Below are positions 17,907 to 27,254 of a stretch of 46,131 nucleotides of DNA, one piece after another. How positions within the stretch are numbered: position 1 is the first letter of the stretch; each line of letters begins with the position of its first letter. Source of the stretch: an uncultured Bifidobacteriaceae bacterium (GTDB taxonomy: Bacteria > Acidobacteriota > Vicinamibacteria > Vicinamibacterales > JAMQPK01); assembly GCA_964356125.1 (NCBI GenBank), contig CAYHHH010000010.1, forward strand, positions 11,054 through 57,184. Direction: 5' to 3'. The position numbers were made by a program, and so were the translations under genes. Below the pieces are notes generated by a model. The model was not told the origin of the DNA and did no database searches. It was given only the letters and a program-made list of their open reading frames with translations.

Positions 17907-18620
17907 TTATTCGGTCTTGTGCGCCACAAACGCGAGCGTTTCGAACAGATTCTTTCTGACGCGAAACAGCACGTCTTCGGTTCGCGTGTAGCGCGACAGC
18001 GCGTCCAATCCAGGGAGATTGGCCAGGATGGCGCCCGCGGCCAGCGCATCCCGAGCAGGGCCCGTCGCGGCGCCGATGCTCCGCACGACGCGGGTGATGT
18101 CGAAGCCCCCGTCGTAGAGCAGCTGCCGAACGCGCCTCTCGGTGGTGATGAAATTGTGCGTGTAGTCGATGTCCCAGAAGAATTGGCGCTCTTTCAGATA
18201 GTCGGGCACGACGACGAACAGCACGCCTTTCGAGCGGAGTATGCGGCGCGCTTCTGAAACGAACTCGCGCGCGGCGTCGATCCCCGACATGTGCTCGAGC
18301 ACCTGGTCGGCGTACACGACATCGGCGCTCGCGTCCGCGGCGGGAATCGGCGGCGTCCACGCCTGGACAATGTCGAGCCCTTCGCGCGTCAGCTCTTCGG
18401 CCAGCACGCGGCTCGCTTCGACGCCGCGGTATTTCCATCCCGCGGCGACCGCGGCTCTCGCGAGGCTGCCGTGCCCAGGACCGATCTCCAGCATCTCGCC
18501 AGGCGGCTGCGCATATTTCATGACGAGCGCGAGCCGCGACTCCTCGATGCGCTTGCGCCGCGACGCACCGGCACCGGTCAGTTTTCGTTCAGAAAACCAT
18601 CGATAGAAGGTGTCAGCCAT
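17907..18620 (-). CDS. Class I SAM methyltransferase
   Basis: LEIGPGHG, GVEAS, QVLEH and DYTH motifs. Confidence 0.88.
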   Translation of the reverse strand: MADTFYRWFSERKLTGAGASRRKRIEESRLALVMKYAQPPGEMLEIGPGHGSLARAAVAAGWKYRGVEASRVLAEELTREGLDIVQAWTPPIPAADASADVVYADQVLEHMSGIDAAREFVSEARRILRSKGVLFVVVPDYLKERQFFWDIDYTHNFITTERRVRQLLYDGGFDITRVVRSIGAATGPARDALAAGAILANLPGLDALSRYTRTEDVLFRVRKNLFETLAFVAHKTE

Positions 18621-19679
18621 TTAGTGCATGAAATGAAGACCCAGGCTCGAGGCCCCGTCGTAAGAGCTATCGCAGAGCCACCACCGCGAGTCTCTGTAGA
18701 CACCTGAGATTGTGCTGGTCCCCTTCGCAATCTCGATCGCCCCAGATTCTTTTACGGTTGAGTTCCACTCAACGGGCGTGGCTACGCACGCGTCGGCTGC
18801 CTTGGATTTGCAGGAGCCACCAAACGCCACCGATGCGGTCGTCGTGCCATAGACGTGAGAATTGATGAAACGTGTGTCTCGAATGAACGTCACATCCTTC
18901 AACTCGCTCGCCTTTCCAGGGCAGGAATCCGAGAAGTTTCGAACCGTGGTCGCCGCAGGAATCAAATTGTCGGCAAACTCCTCCAGGAACTCCAGCGCGA
19001 GCGCGCTGATTTCCGCTACGGAGTTGTGCAGTCGAACGACGATCGACCGCGTCAGGACGTGCGGGCCATCCATCACTGTCACGTCGATCGTGCACGTGGA
19101 CGGCAACGAGCCGATGGCCGGTGCGGTCCAATCGACTTGCGGGCCCGTTCCGGTGAAGGTGCCGTCGCATGCGCGCCACTGGTAGACGAGCTGCGCCGGC
19201 GCCGTTTCCGCGTCCTGGATCACAAGAGTGAGTTGAATGGTCTCGCCGTAATCAGCGTACGTCGCGGGTTGCCTGGGGCGGCGGCCCTGCGCAGCGATCG
19301 ATGTGATGACTGGAACGGTGTTTGGACCAGTCGGGTCGTAGCGGAACCCGCCGCTGAGCGTCTGCGTCCGACCGCTGAGCGTGACGACGATATCGGAGGG
19401 GCCCGCGGTCGGACTGGCGGGGGTCTTCGCCGTTAACGTATCCGCGCTGTGCACGCTGACATCGGTCGCCGCGCGGCCGCCGATCGTCACAACCGTCCCT
19501 GCCGCGAAGCCCGCCCCGCGGATCGTCACTTCCGTCCCCCCTGTCGCAGGACCGGCAGTCGGACTGACCGATTGAATCACCAACTCGACGACGATGGGGC
19601 CCGGTTTCGTCGGGGTACTACACGTCGCCGTCAGCACCGCGAGCGCGGCGACGATTATTCGTGGGAGTGCAGTCGGCAT
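18621..19679 (-). CDS. Lipoprotein with IPT/TIG domain and Ig/PKD-like domain
   Basis: Signal peptide ending TATC; SVSPTAGPATGGTEVTIRGAGF is an IPT/TIG signature; probable start ATG 19679. Confidence 0.8.
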   Translation of the reverse strand: MPTALPRIIVAALAVLTATCSTPTKPGPIVVELVIQSVSPTAGPATGGTEVTIRGAGFAAGTVVTIGGRAATDVSVHSADTLTAKTPASPTAGPSDIVVTLSGRTQTLSGGFRYDPTGPNTVPVITSIAAQGRRPRQPATYADYGETIQLTLVIQDAETAPAQLVYQWRACDGTFTGTGPQVDWTAPAIGSLPSTCTIDVTVMDGPHVLTRSIVVRLHNSVAEISALALEFLEEFADNLIPAATTVRNFSDSCPGKASELKDVTFIRDTRFINSHVYGTTTASVAFGGSCKSKAADACVATPVEWNSTVKESGAIEIAKGTSTISGVYRDSRWWLCDSSYDGASSLGLHFMH

Positions 19680-19803
19680 TGGAAGTGAGGCACGTCTTGG
19701 GAGCGCCATAAATTATACTGCAAACTGCACACCCGCAACGAGATCGGGGCTGCAACCGGCCGCAGAGAATGGTAGAATGTGCGCGCACGCTCACGGAGAT
19801 TCC

Positions 19804-20022
19804 ATGAAAAAAGCCTCAATTCTTCTCGTGATCTATTTCATCTGGATGTCGCAGGCCCAGGTCGATGCGTATCTCGACCCCGGCAGCGGCAGCATGCTGG
19901 TGCAGTTGCTGCTCGGCGGCGTCGCGGGCGCGGCGGTCATCATGAAGCTCGGGTGGGAGCGATTCAGGGACATGTTCCGCTCATCGAGCACCAAAGAGCA
20001 CGACACCAAGCCTCATGAGTGA
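19804..20022 (+). CDS. Small membrane protein with AYLDPGSGS motif
   Basis: TGgTAGAAT -10, GGAG RBS, ATG 19804; hydrophobic leader, VDA|YLDPGSGS, TM helix, basic tail; overlaps the next start. Confidence 0.75.
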   Translation: MKKASILLVIYFIWMSQAQVDAYLDPGSGSMLVQLLLGGVAGAAVIMKLGWERFRDMFRSSSTKEHDTKPHE

Positions 20023-21409
20023 CATCGCGCTCGAGCCCGGATCCTTCCGGGATCGAACGGCCAGGGTTTTCTATCACGACGGAAAAGTCTTTCGCGGCCT
20101 GAACGAAACCGCCTTCGCGGAATGGCAGGCGCTGTCGGCCACCAGCTTCTTCAAGCGTCTCTCGGGCACGGGCGCCATCGTGCCGACCCAGCAGCGCGAT
20201 CTCGCATCTATTCCCTTCTCATCGTCGGATCAACAGTGGGCCGCCGTACTCGAGCACGAAAAAGTGCCCTTCATCTCGTACCCGTACGAATGGTCGTTCG
20301 AGATGCTGAGGGACGCGGCGCTGCTGCAACTCGACCTCGTCCTCGCGGGGCTCGATGAAGGGATCGGCCTGAAGGACGCCTCGGCCTACAACCTGCAGTG
20401 GAAAGGCGTGTCGCCGGTGTTCGTCGACGTGGCGTCGTTCTACAAGCGCGCCGAAGGCGAGCCGTGGGTGGGCTACCGGCAGTTCTGTCAGATGTTCCTC
20501 TACCCGCTCCTCGTGCAGGCCTACAAGGATGTGCCGTTCCAGCCGTGGATGCGCGGCAACATCGACGGGATGGATGCCGAGGTGTGCCTCAACATGCTCA
20601 GCGCGCGCGACTACATGCGCAGCGGCGTGCTCGCGCACGTCTACCTGCAGGCCAAGGCGCAGAAAGCCTACAACGCGACGACCCGCGACGTGCGCAAGGA
20701 TTTGAGCAAGGCGGGGTTCGACAAGCGCATCATCAAGGCGAACGCACAGGGTCTACGGTCGCTCGTCGCCGGCCTGCAATGGAAGCCGAAGCAGTCGACG
20801 TGGTCCGACTACCTGAAGTGCGGCCATTACGAAGCATCCGACGCTGAGCAGAAGCGCGCGTTCGTGCGCGAGGTCGCCGCCACGCGCGACTGGAACCTGG
20901 CGTGGGACGTCGGCTGCAACGTCGGAGTCTTCTCTCGCATCATCGCGGAGCGGGCGAAGAATGTCGTCGCCATGGACTTCGATCACCAGGCAATCGACAA
21001 GCTCTACCAGGCCCTCAAGACCGAAAAGCTGACGAACATCCTGCCGCTCATCCTCAACGTCACCGATCCGTCGCCCAATCTCGGCTGGCGGAACATGGAG
21101 CGCAAACGCATCGACGAACGCGGCCGCCCGGATCTCGTCCTGACGCTGGCGCTCATCCACCATGTCGTCATTGGTGGGAACATTCCGATGGCCGAGTTCG
21201 TTCAGTGGCTGCGCGATTTGGGCGGCGAGCTGGTGGTCGAGTTCGTGACGCGCAAAGATCCGATGGTCGTCACGCTGCTGCGCAACAAAGACGATCACTA
21301 CGCGGATTACAACGAAGACGTGTTCGAGCGCGAGCTCGCGGCGCGGTTCCGGATTGTGAAGCGGCAGCCGCTCGGCTCAGGGACGCGCATCATGTACCAC
21401 GCCCAATAA
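20015..21409 (+). CDS. NoeA-like two-domain protein: kinase-like N-terminus plus class I SAM methyltransferase
   Basis: PGSFRD, SYPYEW, LKDASAYN, FVDVASF, WVGYRQFC; C-terminal WDVGCNVG and LALIHH. Resembles the rhizobial NoeA family from memory. Confidence 0.72.
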   Translation: MSDIALEPGSFRDRTARVFYHDGKVFRGLNETAFAEWQALSATSFFKRLSGTGAIVPTQQRDLASIPFSSSDQQWAAVLEHEKVPFISYPYEWSFEMLRDAALLQLDLVLAGLDEGIGLKDASAYNLQWKGVSPVFVDVASFYKRAEGEPWVGYRQFCQMFLYPLLVQAYKDVPFQPWMRGNIDGMDAEVCLNMLSARDYMRSGVLAHVYLQAKAQKAYNATTRDVRKDLSKAGFDKRIIKANAQGLRSLVAGLQWKPKQSTWSDYLKCGHYEASDAEQKRAFVREVAATRDWNLAWDVGCNVGVFSRIIAERAKNVVAMDFDHQAIDKLYQALKTEKLTNILPLILNVTDPSPNLGWRNMERKRIDERGRPDLVLTLALIHHVVIGGNIPMAEFVQWLRDLGGELVVEFVTRKDPMVVTLLRNKDDHYADYNEDVFERELAARFRIVKRQPLGSGTRIMYHAQ

Positions 21410-22679
21410 TCACGAGCTCGTCATAGCCGCTGAGGTCGATGCTGTCCCCTGCTGAGACCTTCAGGTGTTTCACGATCTTCCCTGTCGCCAGTTCCCTGAT
21501 TTCGATCGCGGCGTTCACGTGCGCGCGGACCGACACCGGCTGCTTGATTCCGATCGCGAGCGCGACGAAATCCGATCCGTTGGACGCCGAGTACAAGCGG
21601 TCAAACCCCTGAATCGGCGCACCAGGTGAATTCGGTTCATGGCGCGTCCAGTTCGCGAGTCCCGGCGGCAAGTACTTCTTCGCCTCGCCGAGCGCTGTCG
21701 CGATGGTTTTGAACGACGGCAGCTCATCGAAGTGCGCGTGCCGTCCAAGCTTCGGCGCAATGTCGGCCGCGCCGCCGCCGCGAATTCCCGGGCCCGAGTG
21801 CAGCACGTAGCTGGCGTTCCCCGCGAGAAACGTCATGACGTAGCCCGCCGCAATTCGAGACGCCGAGTCGTCTTGCCGCACGGAGCTCTCAGGCCCGATC
21901 GGCTCGTTGTTGAAGATAATCGCCGGCAGCTGTCCGCGGCACGCGCGATCGTACGCGGCGGGAAAGCTCCACGGGCGTCGCAGCGGCTGCAGCGGACCGA
22001 TCTTAATGCTCGCGGGGCCCCACCCGCGCTCGTAGTGGAGCGTCATCGCGTCGACGCCCGAGCCCGCATATGTGGCGCACGCCATTCCATTCCTCGGCGA
22101 GCTGAGCGCGACCAGGACGCTCGTCCTGCCGTTCAACCGCGCGCCGAGCCGCCGCAATTCCGTGAGCCCTTCAGGACCGCTGAAACCGTTCTGCCATGCT
22201 TCGTTGGCAATCTCGAACGCGAAGAGCTTGTGCTCACGCCCCTTCGCGAGGGAGGCGAAGCGATCGACGAGCGCGTCGCGCCCGGTGCCGGCCGGAGTGA
22301 AGGGCGCCCCGCCGAAAATCGTCCACTGCACGCGCAGGCCGTACCGGTCGTACGCCAGGTCTGTCATCCCGGCGATAATGGCGTCATAATCTGGCCATCG
22401 CGGATCGGTCTGTCTGTCTTCCCAGCTCGCGCCGCCAACCGACCCGAGCACGCGCACGTAATCGATGCCCGCGGCGCTCAAGATCTCGAGATTGCGCTCG
22501 AGCCTGGCACGGTCGAACTTGTAAGCCCACGCGCCCCAGAACAACGTGGCGCCAAGCGCGTTGAAGGGGCCGGCTGCGTCTGCGACCGCACGCCCCTCGG
22601 CTCGCACCAGGCCCGTGCGTGCCTCGAGGGGTGAGGCGAGCGTCATAAGACCGATAAGTAGGACAGATACGTATTTCAT
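21390..22679 (-). CDS. Secreted TIM-barrel glycoside-hydrolase-like protein (clan GH-A-like)
   Basis: Signal peptide MKYVSVLL...PLEA from ATG 22679; DYVRV, FEIANE (acid/base-like), TLHY, NNEP. Confidence 0.6.
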   Translation of the reverse strand: MKYVSVLLIGLMTLASPLEARTGLVRAEGRAVADAAGPFNALGATLFWGAWAYKFDRARLERNLEILSAAGIDYVRVLGSVGGASWEDRQTDPRWPDYDAIIAGMTDLAYDRYGLRVQWTIFGGAPFTPAGTGRDALVDRFASLAKGREHKLFAFEIANEAWQNGFSGPEGLTELRRLGARLNGRTSVLVALSSPRNGMACATYAGSGVDAMTLHYERGWGPASIKIGPLQPLRRPWSFPAAYDRACRGQLPAIIFNNEPIGPESSVRQDDSASRIAAGYVMTFLAGNASYVLHSGPGIRGGGAADIAPKLGRHAHFDELPSFKTIATALGEAKKYLPPGLANWTRHEPNSPGAPIQGFDRLYSASNGSDFVALAIGIKQPVSVRAHVNAAIEIRELATGKIVKHLKVSAGDSIDLSGYDELVIIGRGT

Positions 22680-23670
22680 GCGCCTTCTCTCGAATACCAC
22701 GTTTTTGATCGCGTTACTAGTCACCGCCCCCGGCTGCGGTGGAAAGAACCCTAATCCCCTGCCGCCGCCCCCACCTGGGCCGCAGCTCGCGCTCTCATGC
22801 CCGACGGCGATGACGCGTGAAGCGACCAGCCCGCAAGGGACCGACGTCCATTTCGATACGCCTGCACCCACGGGCGGACGCGAGCCGTACAGCGTTCAGT
22901 GCAATCCGGGATCGAGCGGTGTGTTTGCCATCGGTGAGACAACGGTGAGCTGCACCGCGACCGACGTGGACATGGCGCAGGCGTCCTGTGGCTTTGCCGT
23001 GACCGTCCGCGCCTCGCAGACGGTTGCGAAGACGACGTTCACAGCGTTCGGCGACAGCATTACCGACGGCAAGGTGTCTTTGGAGCCGCTGATTTCCCTC
23101 GCCGGCCCCGACACGTACCCATTCAAGCTTGAACAGATGCTTCGCGAGCGGTACCCGTCGCAGAGTTTTCTTGTCAGCAACCAGGGCAACAGTGGTGAGC
23201 ATCTCGGCGACGGCGCCATACGGCTGCCCTCCGTGCTCGCTGCAGAGAAGCCAGAAGTAGTTCTCATTCTAGAAGGCGTCAATGCCGGATGGTTTCGATC
23301 AACCACCTTGCAGGCAGCGAATGTGCGAACCATGCTCACTGCCGCCCGGGAGCAGGGTGTTGCCGTCATCATCGCAACCGTCATGCCGGTACGAGCGGAG
23401 CAATTTCCCAGCCGCCCCGAGTGGAATCCGCGCATAGTCGCGCTCAACGTGCGCATTAAACAGCTGGCCGCTGAGTTCGATGTCGCGCCGGTTGTCGACC
23501 TCTATGCGCTATTTGCCTCCAACATGCACTTGATAGGTATCGATGGCCTGCATCCCACTGCAGAAGGTCAGACGGAAATCGCACAAGCCTTCAGAGACGA
23601 AATCGTGCGGCGTTACGACAACCGGTCGACGATGTCGTTTGGGTTGTCTACGATGAGACGCGCGCGATGA
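22678..23670 (+). CDS. Lipoprotein with HYR domain and SGNH/GDSL hydrolase
   Basis: Lipobox APGC, poly-Pro tether, SGVFAIGETTVSCTATD (HYR), FGDSIT / EGVN / DGLHP (SGNH blocks). Confidence 0.88.
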   Translation: MRLLSNTTFLIALLVTAPGCGGKNPNPLPPPPPGPQLALSCPTAMTREATSPQGTDVHFDTPAPTGGREPYSVQCNPGSSGVFAIGETTVSCTATDVDMAQASCGFAVTVRASQTVAKTTFTAFGDSITDGKVSLEPLISLAGPDTYPFKLEQMLRERYPSQSFLVSNQGNSGEHLGDGAIRLPSVLAAEKPEVVLILEGVNAGWFRSTTLQAANVRTMLTAAREQGVAVIIATVMPVRAEQFPSRPEWNPRIVALNVRIKQLAAEFDVAPVVDLYALFASNMHLIGIDGLHPTAEGQTEIAQAFRDEIVRRYDNRSTMSFGLSTMRRAR

Positions 23671-25733
23671 GAAAGGGTTGGGCACGCCGCTTCAGAGATC
23701 TCATCGCCCCTGCCCTGCTCGTCGTTCTGCCGCTCTGCCTGTTCGGCCCCTACACGATCTTTTCCGGTAACGAGGCGGAGTTCAGTGCGCCGTTCCGCGA
23801 GATCGTTCGTCCGCTGCTCCTTGCTGGTGCGGGCATCGCGCTTGCGGTGATCGTTCTTGGGCTCGCGCTTCGCGGCAAGGTCTTCCGCGCGTACGTCGCG
23901 CTGCTGTTCGGGCTCGGCATCGTCATCTGGATCCAGGGCAATCTGCTGGTCGCCGACTACGGCCCGCTCGACGGGACGGCGATCGACTTCACGCTGCAGT
24001 CATGGCGCAATCCATATGAAATAGCGATGTGGACGCTCGTGCCCCTGTTGTGTGTCGTCGCCGCGAAATACGTCTTTTCCATCGCGCCCTTTGCGAGCGC
24101 GGTGCTCGTCACGCTGCAGATGGCGATGTTGATCGTGTCGGCCTTCGGCGCGGACGGGCGCGCGACACCAGAATGGAAAGGGCCCGCCGCCTCGATGTTC
24201 GAGCTGTCGCGCAAGCAGAACATCATCCACATCGTGCTCGACGCGTTTCAATCGGACTTGTTCGGCGAGATCCTGAACGAGGACCGCCAGGAGCTCGACC
24301 AGAGCTTCTCAGGCGCGGTGTTGTTCGCCGATCACGCGGGCGCATTCCCGACGACGATGGTGAGCATTCCGGCGATGCTCACGGGAACGGTGTACCGCCA
24401 CGAGCGGCCACTGCCCCGTTACGTGCGCGAGCATTTCGACAAGGGATCGCTCTTCAAGTCGCTGCGCGCCAACGGCTACCGCGTCGATAACATCTCCGAC
24501 ATTGTCTACGACACCAGATCGGCATCGAACGTCTACAGAACGCGGCGTCCGTACATCGGGTACGGGGAGTACGTTCAATTTGCGGGCTGGCAGCTCGCCG
24601 ATTTGTCGGCGTTCCGGCATGCCCCTCACATCCTCAGGCCTGCCATCTACAACGACCAGGCGTGGCGTCTTCAGACGCGGCTCGGTCCCGGCGATACCGC
24701 AGGGCGGCGGCACTTGCCCGTCAGCGGCTCGGCCGTTCTCCTCGAGCTCTCACAGCGATTGATCACAACGGTCGACGAGCCGGTCTACAAATTCATTCAC
24801 GTCGGCATTCCGCACCGCCCCGTGACGCTGACTGCGGAGTGCGAATACGTCGAAGGGATGTCGCGCGCGCGCGAGTACTACAAGGGGCAGACGCGATGTG
24901 CCGTGCGGCGCGTCGTTGCGCTCCTGGATCGGTTACGAGAGCTTGGCGTGTACGACAGCTCGCTCATCGTCATCACGTCCGATCATGGAATCGGATACGC
25001 GCCGTTGAATTTCGTGAACGACCGGCAGACCCCCGCAGGCGCACTATCGATTGTCGCGGGAAAGTCGAAAGCCCTGCTCATCGTGAAGGCGCCTGGCAGT
25101 CGCGGCCCGGTGCGGGTGTCGAACGCGCCAACGACGATCAGCGACGTCGCCGCAACGGTACTCGACGCCGCTGGCGCACCGCGCTCGCTGCCGGGCGAGC
25201 CGGCATTGAAGCTTGCGGAAAGCGCGCAGCGCGTCCGCGGCTTCGGCATGTACGACTGGGAGGATGACGGCTGGAAACAGCCGTATTTCGACGCGCTGGA
25301 CGTGCTGGAGCTTCGCGGACCGGCGGTTGACGGAAACAGTTGGACGTTGGTCGATAGCCTCTATCCGCCCGACGCCGGCGACACCAATCGCACGCGCGGC
25401 GTACACGCGGTGCAGCGAAGCCGCTCGGGGTTCGTGTATCGCTGGAGCAGCCCGCACGGGTTCTTTCACGCGCCCCCACAGGCACGCCGGTTCGAGATCG
25501 CGATTCGATCGATCGCACCCAAACCACAGACGGTCACGTTCGTGGCCGCCGGTCGCGTACTGAACACCATCACGCTCAGCGATCAGGCATGGGTGACGGT
25601 GCAGGGGGTGCTGCCGCCTCCGCCCACGCCGGCCACGAACTGGCTCGAGCTCCACGTCGATCTGCCCTGGCGGCCCCGCGGTGAAGCGCGCCTGCTCGGC
25701 GTTCAGACGCGCGACCTCAAGTTCGGCCCCTGA
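23667..25733 (+). CDS. Membrane-anchored alkaline-phosphatase/sulfatase-superfamily protein (LtaS/EptA-like phospho-form transferase architecture)
   Basis: About 5 N-terminal TMs; NIIHIVLDAF, FPTTMVS (Thr nucleophile position), FIHVGIPH, ITSDHG. Confidence 0.8.
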   Translation: MRKGWARRFRDLIAPALLVVLPLCLFGPYTIFSGNEAEFSAPFREIVRPLLLAGAGIALAVIVLGLALRGKVFRAYVALLFGLGIVIWIQGNLLVADYGPLDGTAIDFTLQSWRNPYEIAMWTLVPLLCVVAAKYVFSIAPFASAVLVTLQMAMLIVSAFGADGRATPEWKGPAASMFELSRKQNIIHIVLDAFQSDLFGEILNEDRQELDQSFSGAVLFADHAGAFPTTMVSIPAMLTGTVYRHERPLPRYVREHFDKGSLFKSLRANGYRVDNISDIVYDTRSASNVYRTRRPYIGYGEYVQFAGWQLADLSAFRHAPHILRPAIYNDQAWRLQTRLGPGDTAGRRHLPVSGSAVLLELSQRLITTVDEPVYKFIHVGIPHRPVTLTAECEYVEGMSRAREYYKGQTRCAVRRVVALLDRLRELGVYDSSLIVITSDHGIGYAPLNFVNDRQTPAGALSIVAGKSKALLIVKAPGSRGPVRVSNAPTTISDVAATVLDAAGAPRSLPGEPALKLAESAQRVRGFGMYDWEDDGWKQPYFDALDVLELRGPAVDGNSWTLVDSLYPPDAGDTNRTRGVHAVQRSRSGFVYRWSSPHGFFHAPPQARRFEIAIRSIAPKPQTVTFVAAGRVLNTITLSDQAWVTVQGVLPPPPTPATNWLELHVDLPWRPRGEARLLGVQTRDLKFGP

Positions 25734-25741
25734 ACCTTGGT

Positions 25742-26491
25742 ATGATTGCCGCGTTGAATCCCGAAGCGACACGAGAGGTCGCCGCCCGGCCGGCGCCCGG
25801 CGTGGTCCCTGGCACGGGCGAGCGCGAGCTCAAGTTCACCCTGCCCGCGAGCCGCGCCCATCTCGCCCGGCGGCGGCTCGAAAGCCTCTGCCGCCGCGAT
25901 CCGGAGTTTCCGGCCGCCGTCGTCTGGACGATGTACTACGACACGCCGGCGCTGTCTTCACTCGGGGAGAAGATCAACAGCGACTATCTCAAGCGGAAAA
26001 TCCGCGTGCGCTGGTATTCCGATCTCGAGGGACGCGTCTCCGGCCCGGCATTCGTCGAAGCCAAGCTGCGCCTCGGCACGCAGCGCTCGAAAGTGCGCGC
26101 GCGCCTTCCCTATCCGGCCGAAGACATCGCACAGTGGGATTTGCAGGACCCGCGGTTGCTCACCGCGCCGCTGCTGCTGCGCGACCAGGGTGTGCTGGGA
26201 CACGCCTCGTGGCAGCCGATGCTGCTGCTGCGCTATCGCCGCGATCGGTTCGTCGAGCCGCTCACCCGTTCGCGCGTGAGCCTCGACGCCGATATTGCCG
26301 GCGCGGCGGCAAACCCGCGGTTTCTCTCGGCGCCCAATCTCTCGCCGTTGGCAACGGCTGTGCTCGAGGTGAAGGGAACCGGTGACGAATGGCCCGCCGC
26401 GCTCCGCCCGCTTCTCGCGCTGGGCATGCACAAGGCGTCGTTCTCGAAGTTCCTGGTGGTCTACGCGCATATGACGCGCTGGGTGTTGTAG
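25742..26491 (+). CDS. VTC / CYTH-like (polyphosphate polymerase domain) protein
   Basis: RELKF, MYYDT, KRKIRVRWY, FVEAK, YRRDRF, RVSLD, VLEVK and FSKF motifs; start may be TTG 25754. Confidence 0.85.
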   Translation: MIAALNPEATREVAARPAPGVVPGTGERELKFTLPASRAHLARRRLESLCRRDPEFPAAVVWTMYYDTPALSSLGEKINSDYLKRKIRVRWYSDLEGRVSGPAFVEAKLRLGTQRSKVRARLPYPAEDIAQWDLQDPRLLTAPLLLRDQGVLGHASWQPMLLLRYRRDRFVEPLTRSRVSLDADIAGAAANPRFLSAPNLSPLATAVLEVKGTGDEWPAALRPLLALGMHKASFSKFLVVYAHMTRWVL

Positions 26492-26492
26492 T

Positions 26493-26544
26493 TTGGTTGG
26501 TGGATGGTGGTTCGTGGTTGGTAGGGTCCGCCTTTAGGCGGACC
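26493..26544. repeat. GTGGTTG-type heptamer x4 followed by a GTAG-REP palindrome
   Basis: GTAGG-GTCCGC-CTTTAG-GCGGAC at 26521-26543. Confidence 0.8.
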
Positions 26545-26555
26545 GTGGACAAATA

Positions 26556-27254
26556 ATGCAGCAACAACTGGACAATCTCTTCGGAGCGCTCACGCAGGGA
26601 ACCGGCCCGCAGGTCACGCCGCTGGCGTTCCTGCTGTTGATGGCGGTGTCGCTGCTGTCATCGATGTTCATCGCGTACCTCTACGTGCACTTCTATTCGA
26701 ACCGGGCGACCGGCAGCCAGGTGCACCGCGCCTTTCCGCTGCTCGGCATTTCCATCACGGCGATTTTCGTCACGATCCAGTTTTCACTGCCGCTCTCGCT
26801 CGGTCTGCTGGGCGCGTTGTCTATTGTCCGCTTCAGGACGCCCATCAAAGAGCCCGAGGAGATCGGGTTCATCATGCTCGTCATCTCCACGTCGATCGCG
26901 GTGGCGACGTTCAAGCTGTCGTTCGTCGGGATCATCTTCGTTGTCGCCCTCGTCGCGCTGTTCGGACAGGCACTGATGCGGCGATTAACCGGCGCGGAGT
27001 CCGACGGCACGATCGTGATTTCGCTCCCCACGAGCGGCAAATCGGCCGATCCCGCCGCGATTACCGCGCTGTTGCGCAAGCGGCTTCCCAAGGCCAAGCT
27101 CGAGAGCGTCTCTCAAACGGATCGCGAGACCGTCGTGTCCTATAACTTCCAGGGGATTTCTGACACGGCGTTGACGGGACTGCAGTCAGAGCTGAACGCG
27201 GCGGTCGGACCCTCCACGTATAACGTCTTCCTCAACAGACCGGGCGCGTTGTAG
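26556..27254 (+). CDS. DUF4956 family membrane protein
   Basis: LSLGLLGALSIVRFRTPIKEPEE signature; C-terminal soluble domain. Confidence 0.88.
   Translation: MQQQLDNLFGALTQGTGPQVTPLAFLLLMAVSLLSSMFIAYLYVHFYSNRATGSQVHRAFPLLGISITAIFVTIQFSLPLSLGLLGALSIVRFRTPIKEPEEIGFIMLVISTSIAVATFKLSFVGIIFVVALVALFGQALMRRLTGAESDGTIVISLPTSGKSADPAAITALLRKRLPKAKLESVSQTDRETVVSYNFQGISDTALTGLQSELNAAVGPSTYNVFLNRPGAL

Noticed and set aside
16638-20022. RiPP cluster (radical SAM/SPASM plus small precursor)
   Set aside because: The small ORFs are membrane peptides, no RRE/PqqD domain, peptidase or peptide exporter is visible, and the context is glycan biosynthesis.
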